A DNA stretch of 32,000 bases from Paramicrosporidium saccamoebae KSL3 (Eukaryota; Fungi; Cryptomycota), in assembly GCA_002794465.1 (NCBI GenBank), contig MTSL01000159.1:31298-63297 (forward strand), in the 5' to 3' direction. The notes beneath the pieces were generated by a model. The model made no database searches. It saw only the letters and a program-made list of their open reading frames with translations, and was not told the DNA's origin. Shown here one piece after another: positions 21,284 through 32,000 of this stretch. Made by a program: the position numbers and the translations under genes. Each line of letters opens with the position of its first letter. The first letter of the stretch is position 1.

Positions 21284-21398
21284 ATATAAGTGTTCTGTCG
21301 TGTTATATACCATGTGCTGCGTGTAGGGAATAGTAACGGGTCCAAGGGCATCAATTTCTGTAAACATCCAGCGGCCAGGTTCTGCGACCCTGGAGACG

Positions 21399-22165
21399 AT
21401 GGACGAAGCAACAAGTTCCTCCACTGTGAATGAGTTTTGGCAACGGAAATATCGACAAGATGCGGCAAAGAACTGGAATTTATTTTATCGACGGAATGAG
21501 ACACGCTTCTTCAAGGATCGTCACTGGATAGGAAGAGAATTTCCCGAGCTGTACCAGCCCGAGACTGAGAAAGTTTTGGAAGTTGGCTGTGGGGTGGGTA
21601 ATTTTGCATTGCCTCTGTCTGAGGATAACCCAAGTTTGACCATTTTTGCATGTGATTTTGCCGAAAAGGCTGTTGACCTTTTCAAGGTAGCCTCATTTTC
21701 TGTTTGTACTAATTTCAGGCGGATGAACGGTACGCCAGCGGAAGATGTACGGCCTTTGTTGCAGATTTAACAGCAGGCGATCTAACAACAACCATTCCAG
21801 AACACTCTATCGACGTAGTGACGTGTATTTTTGTATTTTCAGCGCTGCCTCCGGAAAAGTTTGCGGCCGCCATCGACAACATTAAGAGTGTGCTCAAACC
21901 GGGTGGGATGGTCTTGTTTCGTGACTATTCCACCGACGATGCAGCACAAAAGCGTTTCAAAGATGATCGCAAATTAGCAGAGACGCTTTTTGTACGACAG
22001 GATGGCACCTTGGCATATTACTTTCATAAAGATGAATTGCAGAGGATCTTTGTTGAAAAGGGATTTACGGTGGATGCGTGCGAGTTGATTCATTCAAAGA
22101 CGACCAACATTAAACGTGAGCTTGATTTAGACCGGTACTTTTTGCAAGCAAAGTTCCACCTGTAG
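21399..22165 (+). CDS. METTL6: tRNA m3C methyltransferase, METTL6/Trm141-like, 1 intron
   Basis: KYRQDAAKNWNLFYRRNETRFFKDRHWIGREFPEL; VLEVGCGVGN; IFACDFA..AV; IFVFSALPPEK; LKPGGMVLFRDY...FVRQDGTLAYYF. Confidence 0.88.
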
Positions 22166-22340
22166 AATAAAAGTATTAAATTAGTGATTACGTGTATCGC
22201 ATAATAACAAGGGACTACTACGGATACACTATATATTATTCCCACTGTGTATATTTGTAAACATAAAGTCTCGTCCACAAGCCAATCCACATAGTAAATA
22301 ATTTCAATTACACATCGGATCCCCTTTATATGAAATATTC

Positions 22341-22394
22341 CTCACTCTCCTCAATCTCCTCACTCTCCTCACTCTCCTCGCTCCCCTCACCCCT
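22341..22394 (+). repeat. Six degenerate copies of the 9-mer CTCACTCTC upstream of RPL20
   Basis: ctcactctc ctcaatctc ctcactctc ctcactctc ctcgctccc ctcacccct read directly. Confidence 0.8.
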
Positions 22395-22552
22395 CTCGTT
22401 CCCACTCCCACCCCTTATCAATATACCAATCAGTCAGTCTACCCCACTTCACATAGGGACCCCTTGTCCAGGGTTCACGGTAAGGCCTCACCCTTGACAA
22501 GGTAAGTTTGACCCTTTATATCGTATTCCATCCATCTGTATAGTTCTTCAGG

Positions 22553-23097
22553 ATGATGCACGAGTACCAAATCGTCGGGCGCAAGCTCCCCTCGGCCCAG
22601 GACGCCACCCCGCAGCTTTACAAGATGCGCATCTTTGCCTCCAACGAGATTGTGGCCAAGTCGCGTTTCTGGTACTTCCTTAGCAAGCTGAAGAAGGTGA
22701 AGCGCACTGCTGGCGAGATTGTCTCCTTCAGCCAAGTGTTGGAGAAGAAGCCGATGAAGGTGAAGAACTTTGGTATTTGGCTGCGCTACGATTCGCGCTC
22801 TGGAACTCACAACATGTACAAGGAGTTCCGTGAACTGACCCGTTCCGAAGCTGTCCAGTCTTGCTGTACTAAATTTGCATAGTTTTTGATGGTTTAGACA
22901 TGGATATGGCGGCCCGCCATCGTGCCCGTTTCCGCTCCATCCAGATTATCAAGGTCAGCGAGCTGAAGACCAACCAGGTCCGTCGCCCCTACATTCAGCA
23001 GCTCATCGACCCCAAGCTGAAGTTCCCGATGCCGCATCGTGTTGCTCGCACATTCCGACCCATCTTTGCCAGCAAGCGTCCGACCACTCTCGCTTAA
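22553..23097 (+). CDS. RPL20: 60S ribosomal protein eL20 (L18a/L20), 1 coding intron plus a probable 5'UTR intron (22502-22550)
   Basis: [11 protein letters not shown]...[22 protein letters not shown]...[23 protein letters not shown]...[16 protein letters not shown]...KFPMPHRV. Confidence 0.97.
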
Positions 23098-23138
23098 AGA
23101 GGCCTAGCGTCATATCAATAAATCTCGTACGCACAATT

Positions 23139-24257
23139 ATGTTGTTTATTTGCCCACAATCATATAATTTTGCTCCAGCAGGGGCGCGCAACTTTAGCTG
23201 TTGGATGATGACAATGGAGAGGAGAAGACACTCATTGCTACGAGGAGGCTGTCTCGTCCTGCTAACTGTGCAGACCAGTGCCCTGATCCTGGTGATGAGA
23301 CATTCTCTCCGCAGTTCCCGCTTCATCCCCTCCAGCGTTGTTGTCACGGTAGAGGTTGTAAAGTTGGCACTTGCCTTTCTCATTGAACTGTTCACTGGAC
23401 ACACATCCCATCCCTCTGCTGTCTTTCGTGCTCTTCGGTATGACTTTCTTCGGAACAAGAGTCAGGTCTTGGCACTCGCCATCCCGGCCTTTCTCTACGC
23501 CATCCAGAATAATATGAGCTATTTCGCGCTGGCGCGACTGAGTGCAGTCAGTTTTCAAGTGCTCCAACAATTAAAGATTTTGACTACTGCCTTGATGGCG
23601 GGATGGCTCATGGGCAAGGAGATAAGCCGACAGCATTGGGTGGCACTCCTCTTACTCACCTCTGGTGTCATCTTTGTGCAGCTCTCCAATGTATCCGGCA
23701 AACAGAATGGCGCAGCTGGGAATTCCGAGGCGTGGATGGGATTTCTTGCCATGCTGGCCAATAGTCTGTCATCAGGATTTGCGGGTATTTATTTCGAACG
23801 ACTGATGAAATCAGCCTCCTTTCCGCTCCGCAAGCCTTCTCTTCGACGTACAATTTCCGTGATCATCCAGGTCGACAAGCCGACCCGTTCTGTATGGATA
23901 CAATCTATCGAATTAGGCGTCTTTGGATTGCTCTTTTCTGTCATGATGGCAATCTGGAATGACGGCTCTGTAATCATACAGAATGGATTCTTTTCAGGCT
24001 ACGACAAAATGGCTTTGCTCGTCGTTGGGATGCAGGCATGTGGTGGGATTCTCGTGGCCATGGTAGTTCGATACGCTGACAGCATCCTCAAGGCATTCGC
24101 CACCTCTGCATCCATTGTCCTCAGCAGCTTCATCACATTTGGTCTCTTGGGACAAAAGGTTGCACCATCGTTCTTAATGGGGGCTACTCTTGTTGTTCTC
24201 TCTGTGTATATTTATGCCAAGGCGGATCGCCTCCAAATGGACGTTAAGCGTCAATAG
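23139..24257 (+). CDS. SLC35A-family nucleotide-sugar transporter (UDP-Gal/UDP-GlcNAc, Gms1-like); the start may be the ATG at 23205
   Basis: LVLLTVQTSALILVMRHS...VVVTVEVVK...LAIPAFLYAIQNNM...FQVLQQLKILTTA...SGFAGIYFE...GGILVAMVVRYADSILKAFATSASI. Confidence 0.88.
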   Translation: MLFICPQSYNFAPAGARNFSCWMMTMERRRHSLLRGGCLVLLTVQTSALILVMRHSLRSSRFIPSSVVVTVEVVKLALAFLIELFTGHTSHPSAVFRALRYDFLRNKSQVLALAIPAFLYAIQNNMSYFALARLSAVSFQVLQQLKILTTALMAGWLMGKEISRQHWVALLLLTSGVIFVQLSNVSGKQNGAAGNSEAWMGFLAMLANSLSSGFAGIYFERLMKSASFPLRKPSLRRTISVIIQVDKPTRSVWIQSIELGVFGLLFSVMMAIWNDGSVIIQNGFFSGYDKMALLVVGMQACGGILVAMVVRYADSILKAFATSASIVLSSFITFGLLGQKVAPSFLMGATLVVLSVYIYAKADRLQMDVKRQ

Positions 24258-24396
24258 ATTCTACATTTTATGCATAGTGAGTAAGTGTAACAGACTGAAA
24301 GTCTATAGACTCTTTAGCATTGTCGCGTAGTGGGGATAAATAGTATGGATACATATCTTACTGTCCTCAAATACCCAGCAACTAGGTCTTCTCCAA

Positions 24397-24487
24397 ACTA
24401 ATCAACCCTCTACGTCAAATACCCGACTAATCAATCTTCTGCCTCTACGTCACAACCCAACTAATTAATCCTCTGCCTCTACGTCAC
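24397..24487. repeat. Three degenerate 29-34 nt tandem repeats, each containing ACTAATYAA and TACGTCA
   Basis: actaatcaaccctctacgtcaaatacccg / actaatcaatcttctgcctctacgtcacaaccca / actaattaatcctctgcctctacgtcac. Confidence 0.85.
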
Positions 24488-24639
24488 GGCATGGAAATGG
24501 TCGCATAATGAAAAATTATCACCAACTTGGGCGCTGTTATTTGTGGACTCGTTAACATGAGAATAGACAGGTCATTATTGTACACATTGCGTATCTCTAG
24601 TCTTTTATCGAATCCTTTGTAGCATCACCTCAATCATTT

Positions 24640-26540
24640 TTACAGTGATGCTTTTATTAGAGAAATACAAATTTCAGCAAAATGAGAATCGTGGAACCTC
24701 CAATCTAGCTGCGCTCGGCGGTGCTCATTGAGACGGACCCTAAGAGATTTACAAGAGAGTGTGCTTCCGTCAAAGGAAACCACAGCATGAGGCATAATCT
24801 CTTTTTGCAATTTTTTTGCAAGTGCATCTAGCTCTATGGACAGGTCAATTGTTGTGGTCATGTTAATGTCGCTTTTAGGGTTTCGCATGATCGGTGGCAG
24901 TCCAGCTTGTGCATCCTCTGGGGACCAGGAAAGACAGCCACATCCCTCGGACATTCCGCTAGATCGGGTTCTTACCAAATTCAACAGCTCATCCTCATCA
25001 CTAACTTGCTCCGCCAACTCTTCTAAAACTCGTAACGGTCCCTCCACCAAGCCTTCCTCCATCCTTATGGGCACATCCCAGCTCGATTCCAAATGCTGCA
25101 GCATGCCATTTGGCGGATCAAAGCAGGCGATTCCCATTTCCCGTATGATCCGATTTTTCAAGATGGTCATCTTCTGTGCTTCACCGTGCACGAGGACAAC
25201 ATTGCGGGGTTTGCAGATTCTGATTAGTTGCATTATGCCCCGTGCATCGGCATGCGCGCTAAATGACATGTTCTTGACTTGCATTTTAACATCTAGCACG
25301 GTCGGAGAGTCTTCCAATGTAATCTACAAAGGTTCAACAGACGGGGTTGGCTGTACTTTGCGTTGTCCCGACAAAATCTTTGCACCCACAGTCCCAGAGA
25401 CACAAAAACCGGGAATGATTAAAAGATTCTTGGCATCTCCGCACCACTTTTTGAAAATCTCCAAGGACATTCCTACACGCCATTAGCATCACAGCTATAT
25501 TAGACTGATACCAGAATGCAACATTCCTGGAGATGAAAAGAGAACCATGGGTCCTGGATGGTCTGCATAATGCTTTTCGAACTGTCGGACATGGCGAAAG
25601 TCAAAGAGATTTCTTACCGGATAATCATTCTGTAACTTTTCATTCGTCCAATCCACAAACACTCGGTAATACTCATTTGCTGTCTCTGCCATCCCTGCCG
25701 AAAAATATACTGGCACAGTCAAACCCATTCTCTGCCAATAATCCTCCACCAGCACACACAGTTCTTGCACTCTTCCCAGAGCAAAAACGGGGATAAGCAC
25801 CTTTCCACCGGCAGCAATGCATTGATGAATATTGCGCAAAAAGTCGCGTTCACGGCCGCGTTTAGAGTCCCGGAGAGTGGTGGCGTAGGTGGATTCAGTA
25901 ATCAGCACATCTGGCCGCAGTCCAAGGTCAACGGTGGCTGCACCCAGATGGCGATCCGGCGTCATATTGTAGTCGCCCGTGTACAAGACAGACTCTTGTC
26001 CCACCCGGACATAGAACATTGCGGCCCCCAACACATGTCCAGCATAATACGGCCGTATTTCGATATCATTGACCATGCGCGATTCATGCACCTGCAAGGG
26101 GATTACCTTGTGCAGTGCTGCGCGTATCATGTTGGGAGTGAAAAAGTTTGACTCGCCCTTCCTCTCCACCGTAATCCGACGATAATCTTCCAGCAGGATG
26201 GGAGAGAGGGCCTTTGTGGGATGGGTCATGAAAATGGGTCCCGAATAGCCGCACATTTCTGTCAGATACGGCAGCGCCCCGCAATGATCCAAATGGAAAT
26301 GAGTAATGATGACGCAGTCAAGGATACTGTCTAGTGGTGCACCCGTAGGAGACAGTAAGGAGAAATCGGGGAACCGTCGCTCGTCATTATAGCCCATGTG
26401 CATTCCACAATCAAACATGACCGTCCGCCCTCCCAACGTCACCACCACACAACTACGGCCCACATCTATCTATGAGACTTTGCTCATGCATGCACATTAC
26501 CTTGTCCAGCACCCAAGGCAAGGAACCTGATGGTACCCAT
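24640..26540 (-). CDS. INTS11: Integrator complex subunit 11 (CPSF3L) metallo-beta-lactamase/beta-CASP endonuclease, 3 introns
   Basis: [19 protein letters not shown]...[19 protein letters not shown] (INTS11-diagnostic; CPSF73 has EVGRSC), [47 protein letters not shown]. About 600 aa after splicing. Confidence 0.92.
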
Positions 26541-26614
26541 CAACGAATTAATCTTTTATGAGGTTGAAGTCGACCCTCTTCCCTGGTTCGTAGATATAAT
26601 ATTTCACATCTTCA

Positions 26615-26933
26615 ATGGCTTGGCCTTTGTCCGTGTAACGACCAACTGACCGTGGCTTGATGACTGTTCGTAGGACTATCAGGATAGACTTTGAAAATGC
26701 AGAGCATGCATCCATAGTGCAACAAGCGACGTCGGTGGAGCCCGAGTTACGGCCCACACTGGTCTCCAGGACTGCAACAGTTGAAAATGCCACTCTGGTC
26801 ACGTAATGGCTCTTGTTGGATCTAAATGAATAGTGCATTCAAAGCCAAGGACTTGAGGTCCCTAAGGGTTTCAGTTAGTTCGCATCTCGAACTAATGCAA
26901 GTCTCTATTGAAGCCATAGAAGCATTTAAATAA
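26615..26933 (+). CDS. PCC1: KEOPS/EKC complex subunit Pcc1/LAGE3, 2 introns (absent from the ORF track)
   Basis: Spliced: MAWPLSVTIRIDFENAEHASIVQQATSVEPELRPTLVSRTATVENATLVTAFKAKDLRSLRVSVSSHLELMQVSIEAIEAFK. Family pattern I.F....A.I.....V.PEL....V.R.......L...F.A.D.R.LRVSV.S. An alternative start exists at 26660. Confidence 0.85.
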
Positions 26934-26981
26934 ATGCAATACGTTTTAGTGGTGTTGATAATAAAAATAGCAAGCATGATA

Positions 26982-27127
26982 GTGTTTACTTGCTATTAAT
27001 TCACGCCATTTCCGTATGTGTTTACTTGTTCTTAATTCACTCACGTTCTGTATGGTGTTTATTTGCTTTTAATCCATGCATTTTTAGTATAATGTTTACT
27101 TGTTCTTAATTTACTAGCTTTCCGTAC
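26982..27127. repeat. Four degenerate 36-37 nt AT-rich tandem repeats with core RTGTTTAYTTGYTHTTAAT
   Basis: Unit starts at 26982, 27018, 27055 and 27092, aligned by eye. Confidence 0.9.
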
Positions 27128-27167
27128 ATCTCACCGCACCCTCTATTCACACACATATCGGGTTTAT

Positions 27168-30100
27168 TTACTCTATACGACGCGACTTTTTGGCCGCTCG
27201 ATCCTGCTTTTGCTGCTTGCTGGCCAGAATCCTCTTCATTTTGGCTCTCTGCTTTTCCGCTTGCACTGCATCTTCCTTTGCTTTCCGTTTCTGGTGTTCT
27301 GCACGCGACGCCTTTATCTTGACTTGACGCTTCATCTCCTTGTCGCGTCGGATGGTGCCGAGTTGCTGCATCATTGACAGTTTCTTCCGCTCGTCCTTTT
27401 CTAGGATCACGGCCCGACTGGCAAGATAGCCGGTGGACTTTGTCGCCACAGAATCCTTGGGCTTGCTGGCATAGGGGAGGTTTTGTTGCAATGACTTGGG
27501 GATGTGAAGCGGGTTAAATCGACGGGGAGTGCGCTCAATCTCGCGATAATGCGAGTCGCGCGGTCCCGTAGGAGTGGCCAAATCACGTTCGGCCCGCAAT
27601 TCCACATTCAATCGCATTGCCGTCCAACCCTCGGCATCATCAACCAATCGAGACAAGACTGGATTATACAGCTTTCTGGGTGCCACAGGGTACCAGGCAC
27701 GGAGAAATACAATGTCGCTCTTGAGCAATTTGTCCTCAAAGGTGGCACGAAAGGCTCCAGGTGGAGTGGCAACACCCTTCTTGATCTGTCCTCTAATCCC
27801 AGAGACACTTCGCAGAGCGGCTCCCTCAAACTTGCATACCTCCAGCGGCGAGGTGAACATGTCCTTAATAAAGGCGGTATTCTTGTGAATGTCGTAGGGA
27901 TATCCAACCAGCTTTAGCTTCTTGACCGCAGTCATTGCCTGGTCAAATTCGAGGATCGTTCCAGTCGCACAAATACGGAAGCCAGACTGTCCTTCGGCCA
28001 CACTGCGGAATGCACAGAATCCCGTATTCGGAGGTACCACTGGTCCATAAAAGGTTGCAGTGCAATGCATATGCTCCGGAGTGTATTTTATAAGACGGTT
28101 CCGCGTAGCATCCTTCATCGAATAGATGGGAATGGACTGGAACCGGCGCCATCCAATGGAGAAGACAAGCGGCTCATTGTTCTTCAGAATCTTGGGGAAC
28201 CAACGATGCTTCTTGAGTCGAGTCTGCACAAATCCAACATTTGATTCGCTTGGCAGTAAACCTCCGAGGATCACAATCGACTCGGGACGGAAGTACTTTA
28301 TAAACTCGTATGGCATCCGCTCGATCACTATTCTCACATATCTTCCTGGCTGCACACCTTCCAGTTCCTGACGGGTCCTTGGATCCTCGTGCTCAAATTC
28401 GTCTCTATTCATTGCCAATTGTTTCTGCATGCTGTTCTTCATCTCGTCATAGTAATTTTCGTCAACATCCTCTCCATCATCTTTACCCAGTCTGCCGTCA
28501 AATTCTGCATCAAACTTTTTCTTCAACTCCTCCTTTCTCTTTTCCATTGCCACGGCAGGATCCGTCTTTGTTGAGGGTGATTTTTCAAAGTCTCGGGAGC
28601 CTTTTGCATTAATATTTAAATTTTCTGTCCCCTCCTCCAAGTCTTCAAATCCATCATCTGACTCTGCGTCATTGTCTAGATTTTGTGTTTCATTCTCCAA
28701 ATCCTCAAACCCACCATCTGATTCTTCAGCATTGTGCTGATCATCTGGTTTCGCAGTAATGAAGCGGCTACGCAGACTTTCAAAAAAGTCCTGATCGGAA
28801 ATGGCTTCCTCTTCCACCTTGTAAGTGTCAGTGGTGTCTTGATTTTGGGCTTGATCCCTTACCCGTCTCAATCCAGCGTCATCTTCAAGATCAGACTGTG
28901 CACTCTCATGCTCATCACTGTGACCAAGAGAATCAACGTCACTACTGTGGTCAGTGTCAGAATCATTTTCCCCGTCGTCACTGTGGTCAGTGTCTAATTG
29001 GACGGGTGCGGTGGATGATTTGAATAGAGTCATGTGACTTTCCTCCATTGCCTCATCAACCGGTCTCAACTTTCCCCTTTTCAACGAGCCAAGAATCTGC
29101 TCTCCATCCTCGTCCTCAGAATCGTTGGTCTTTTTTGTGGGCATGTCAATGTAGATGGCATCACGATCGTAGACAATCCCAGAAACATCCGACATTGGTG
29201 CATAAGTAAGTCGATTCTTATCGGTTAGGGTCTTCATTTTGCGATCGCTTTCAGGGAGAGGACAGGGATCATCCAAAATGGTCACATTTCCGAGCGGATA
29301 ATCACCGGCACCGGGAATATGCACCGAGGCTGACGAGCGAAGATTACTGCCACGCAGCCATCCATAAAACACGATATTTCTATCACACTTTTCATTTTTC
29401 TGAATCTCCACGGCTGGAGTCAAATCTTCCACCCGGTCAGCAATAACGTAAGGATGCGAAGATCGCCAAACAATGGGACGTGGCTTGGTTACCGAAATGA
29501 ACCGTGACAAATTCAAAATCTCGCGTGGCAAATATCTCCCATGGAGCAGTCCTGAGAGATAGAAGAGCTTGGCACCCTGATAGATTTCGGTCCAGAAACG
29601 CTGCTTCAGCTTTTTCTTGGTGTTTCTTAACGACTTGTTGTCTTTGAAGGAATCTAAATGGGTCAGCACTCCGATTACACGCGGAAATCCATGTGTTTGC
29701 AGCAGGTTCAGAAACTCAAAGGTTTCCATGGAGAAGCCCTTTCTTGCATCAACCAATAGCAGAACAACGTCCACCACCTTGGCAACGTCAATCATAGTGT
29801 TAAGGTCTGAGGTGCATTCCACAAAAGTGACTCGTTGTTTCCTCCCTGCCACCACTGTCACAGGTCCTTTGATCGTTCCCAACGACTGTTTGGTGTATCT
29901 TTTGACTAAGGATCTAATCACAGTGGACTTTCCGCATCCCACCGGTCCCACCACTGCGACCACGGTGGGAGGCGCCTCCACCGGCGTCCGGTCCATTATA
30001 GGGACATGCAGCTTATTCTGTGCCAAATCCTCCCGTCGCTGCTGCATTTTTGCAGCATTTCGGGCTGATGCAGCTGTGAACGCCTACGCATGAGAAATCA

Positions 30101-30225
30101 TCCAACCAGCGTACCTTTGGATTACGTTCGCGTGCACCGTCCTGGCTGGCACGCTCTTTGCGCTTATTCGCCTTTCCGCCGGCCTTGCCCTTCCGGTGCT
30201 TTTTATGCTCTGATGTGTCGTCCAT
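27168..30225 (-). CDS. BMS1: Ribosome biogenesis GTPase Bms1, 1 intron near the 5' end
   Basis: RNPK/AF...[10 protein letters not shown]...[23 protein letters not shown]...[12 protein letters not shown]...ETFEFLN...[14 protein letters not shown]...[16 protein letters not shown]...[14 protein letters not shown]...KLKLVGYP. Confidence 0.97.
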
Positions 30226-30288
30226 TTGACTGCAAAGCCGGACTTGGATGACCAGGGTAGGCTGTGATTATTATTGGCGGCTCCGTGG

Positions 30289-32000
30289 ATGACTCGATTC
30301 AATAAGCAGACGGAGGAGGAGGACACACGGCCTATTGTTCTATTGTCAGGCGTTGACGAGGACAGTCTTTCCGATGAGTCTGATGGTCTTCCTGTGTATT
30401 CCTTGGTAGGGTGTTGGATGGGCATGGTGACGTGTAGACGGAGGAGCAGGAGAAGCGGTACAGATATTTGCTAGGCGATTCAGAGCTGTTTGACCGTTTT
30501 ATTGAAGCAAAGCGCACTGGAACCTCCCCCCTCGAGGTGCTCACCTCACACACTGCGCCTGGAAATTACGACGGTGAAGATGAGGTGCGTCGACATCGGA
30601 AGACTGAGCGAGACGAAGATGCTGATCTCATTGAAGAGGCCACAGTGGGAGAACCGGTCACTCCCGTTTTCAGCGAGTCTCCCTCGTATATAGTGGGCGG
30701 TACTATGCGTCCCTATCAAATCCAAGGGCTGAATTGGCTGATTTCTCTATACGAGCATTGTATCAATGGAATTCTTGCCGACGAGATGGGACTGGGTAAG
30801 ACACTGCAGACTCTGTCTCTCCTTGGATACTTGAAGAATTTCCGTCACATTGATGGCCCCCACTTGCTGGTGGTTCCAAAATCCACACTTCAAAACTGGA
30901 TGAATGAATCGCGCAGATGGGTACCCTCTCTCGATGCATTTGTATTCCACGGCGACAAGGAGACGCGTGCCCAGCTGATCCAGGATCGTCTCCGTCATGT
31001 TCAATTTGATGTCTGCATCACATCATATGAAATGTGTCTAAGCGAGCGGGCTGCCCTCCGTCGCATCAACTGGGAGTATCTTGTCATAGACGAGGCACAT
31101 CGCATCAAAAATGAAGCCAGCAAGTTGGCAGGGATTGTGAGAGAGTTCAAGTCTGCCAACCGACTTTTAATCACCGGCACCCCCCTGCAGAATAATCTGC
31201 ATGAACTGTGGGCCTTGCTCAACTTTTTACTGCCAGACATTTTCTCATCTTCTGACGATTTTGACGGATGGTTTGCCTCTCACAGTGGACGCGCTCAGGA
31301 GGAAATGGTGACCCATCTGCGCAGATTACTCCAGCCATTCCTTTTGCGGCGTCTAAAGGCGGATGTGGAACATTCATTGAAGCCTAAGAAGGAAGTCAAT
31401 TTGTACGTTGGGATGAGCGAAATGCAGCGTCTGTGGTATCGGACTATTCTCGAACGCGATCTGGCCGCCGTGAATGGTCTAACCGCTGGGAAGGATGGCA
31501 AGAATCGTCTTTTGAATATTGTGATGCAGTTGAGGAAATGCTGCAACCATCCATATCTCTTTGACGGAGCTGAGCCAGGTCCTCCCTACACAACCGACGA
31601 ACATTTAGTGTTCAATTCGGGAAAAATGCAAGTTTTGGATAGACTCCTCACAAGACTCAAGGCCAATGGCTCAAGAGTTTTGTTGTTTAGTCAAATGAGC
31701 AGAGTCTTGGACATTTTGGAGGACTATTGCGTTTTTCGTGGTTATAATTGCTGCCGTATCGATGGACAGACTGCCCACGAGGACCGTATCGAGGCCATTG
31801 AAGACTACAATCGACCCGGTAGCGACAAGTTTGTCTTTTTGCTGACCACAAGAGCAGGTGGATTGGGCATCAATCTGGCCACCGCCGACATTGTAATCAT
31901 TTTTGATAGCGACTGGAACCCTCAAGTAGATCTGCAAGCACAAGACCGCGCACATCGTATTGGCCAAACTAAACAAGTTTGTGTCTTTCGTCTCGTCACG
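30289..32000 (+). CDS. ISWI-family chromatin remodelling ATPase (Isw1/Isw2/SMARCA5-like), 3'-partial; not in the ORF track because it is open to the window end
   Basis: [17 protein letters not shown]...[14 protein letters not shown]...[39 protein letters not shown]...[11 protein letters not shown]...[29 protein letters not shown]...[26 protein letters not shown]...[14 protein letters not shown]...[20 protein letters not shown]. Confidence 0.95.

Noticed and set aside
26982-27127. Repeat-spacer-like array suggesting CRISPR
   Set aside because: Eukaryotic context, degenerate repeats, short related spacers and no cas genes.
30520-30560. Apparent frameshift in ISWI suggested by the ORF track (30490..30693 in another frame)
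   Set aside because: Counting the C6 run gives a continuous frame ([11 protein letters not shown]...EVRRHRK). The real ORF is unlisted only because it has no stop in the window.

Overview
Gene-dense eukaryotic window from a fungal-lineage organism with very short GT-AG introns (about 28-40 nt) and intergenic gaps often under 100 nt. The compaction together with a full mitochondrial gene set suggests an early-diverging fungus or Rozellomycota-like organism (inference). I can support 26 protein-coding genes: Taspase1 (partial), mL60/MRPL31, eL41, bS18m, kanadaptin-like, CGR1, SMC6, a MoCF-domain protein, RVB2, AIFM1-like, PAN3, TIM9, frataxin, bL9m, BCKDHA, PRP18, eL19, eS21, a calmodulin-like protein, METTL6-like, eL20, an SLC35A transporter, INTS11, PCC1, BMS1 and ISWI (partial). 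Several are missing from or fragmented in the ORF track because of micro-introns. There is one tRNA-Ala(AGC). The best unannotated signal is a candidate bipartite H/ACA snoRNA at about 1115-1247, with both pockets complementary to conserved rRNA segments. Other signals are two degenerate tandem arrays of TF-site-like motifs in convergent gaps, long first introns of ribosomal-protein genes sharing TCCATCC, and 57-79 nt head-to-head gene spacings. No mobile element or CRISPR array was seen. All assignments come from manual motif recognition; no database search was run.
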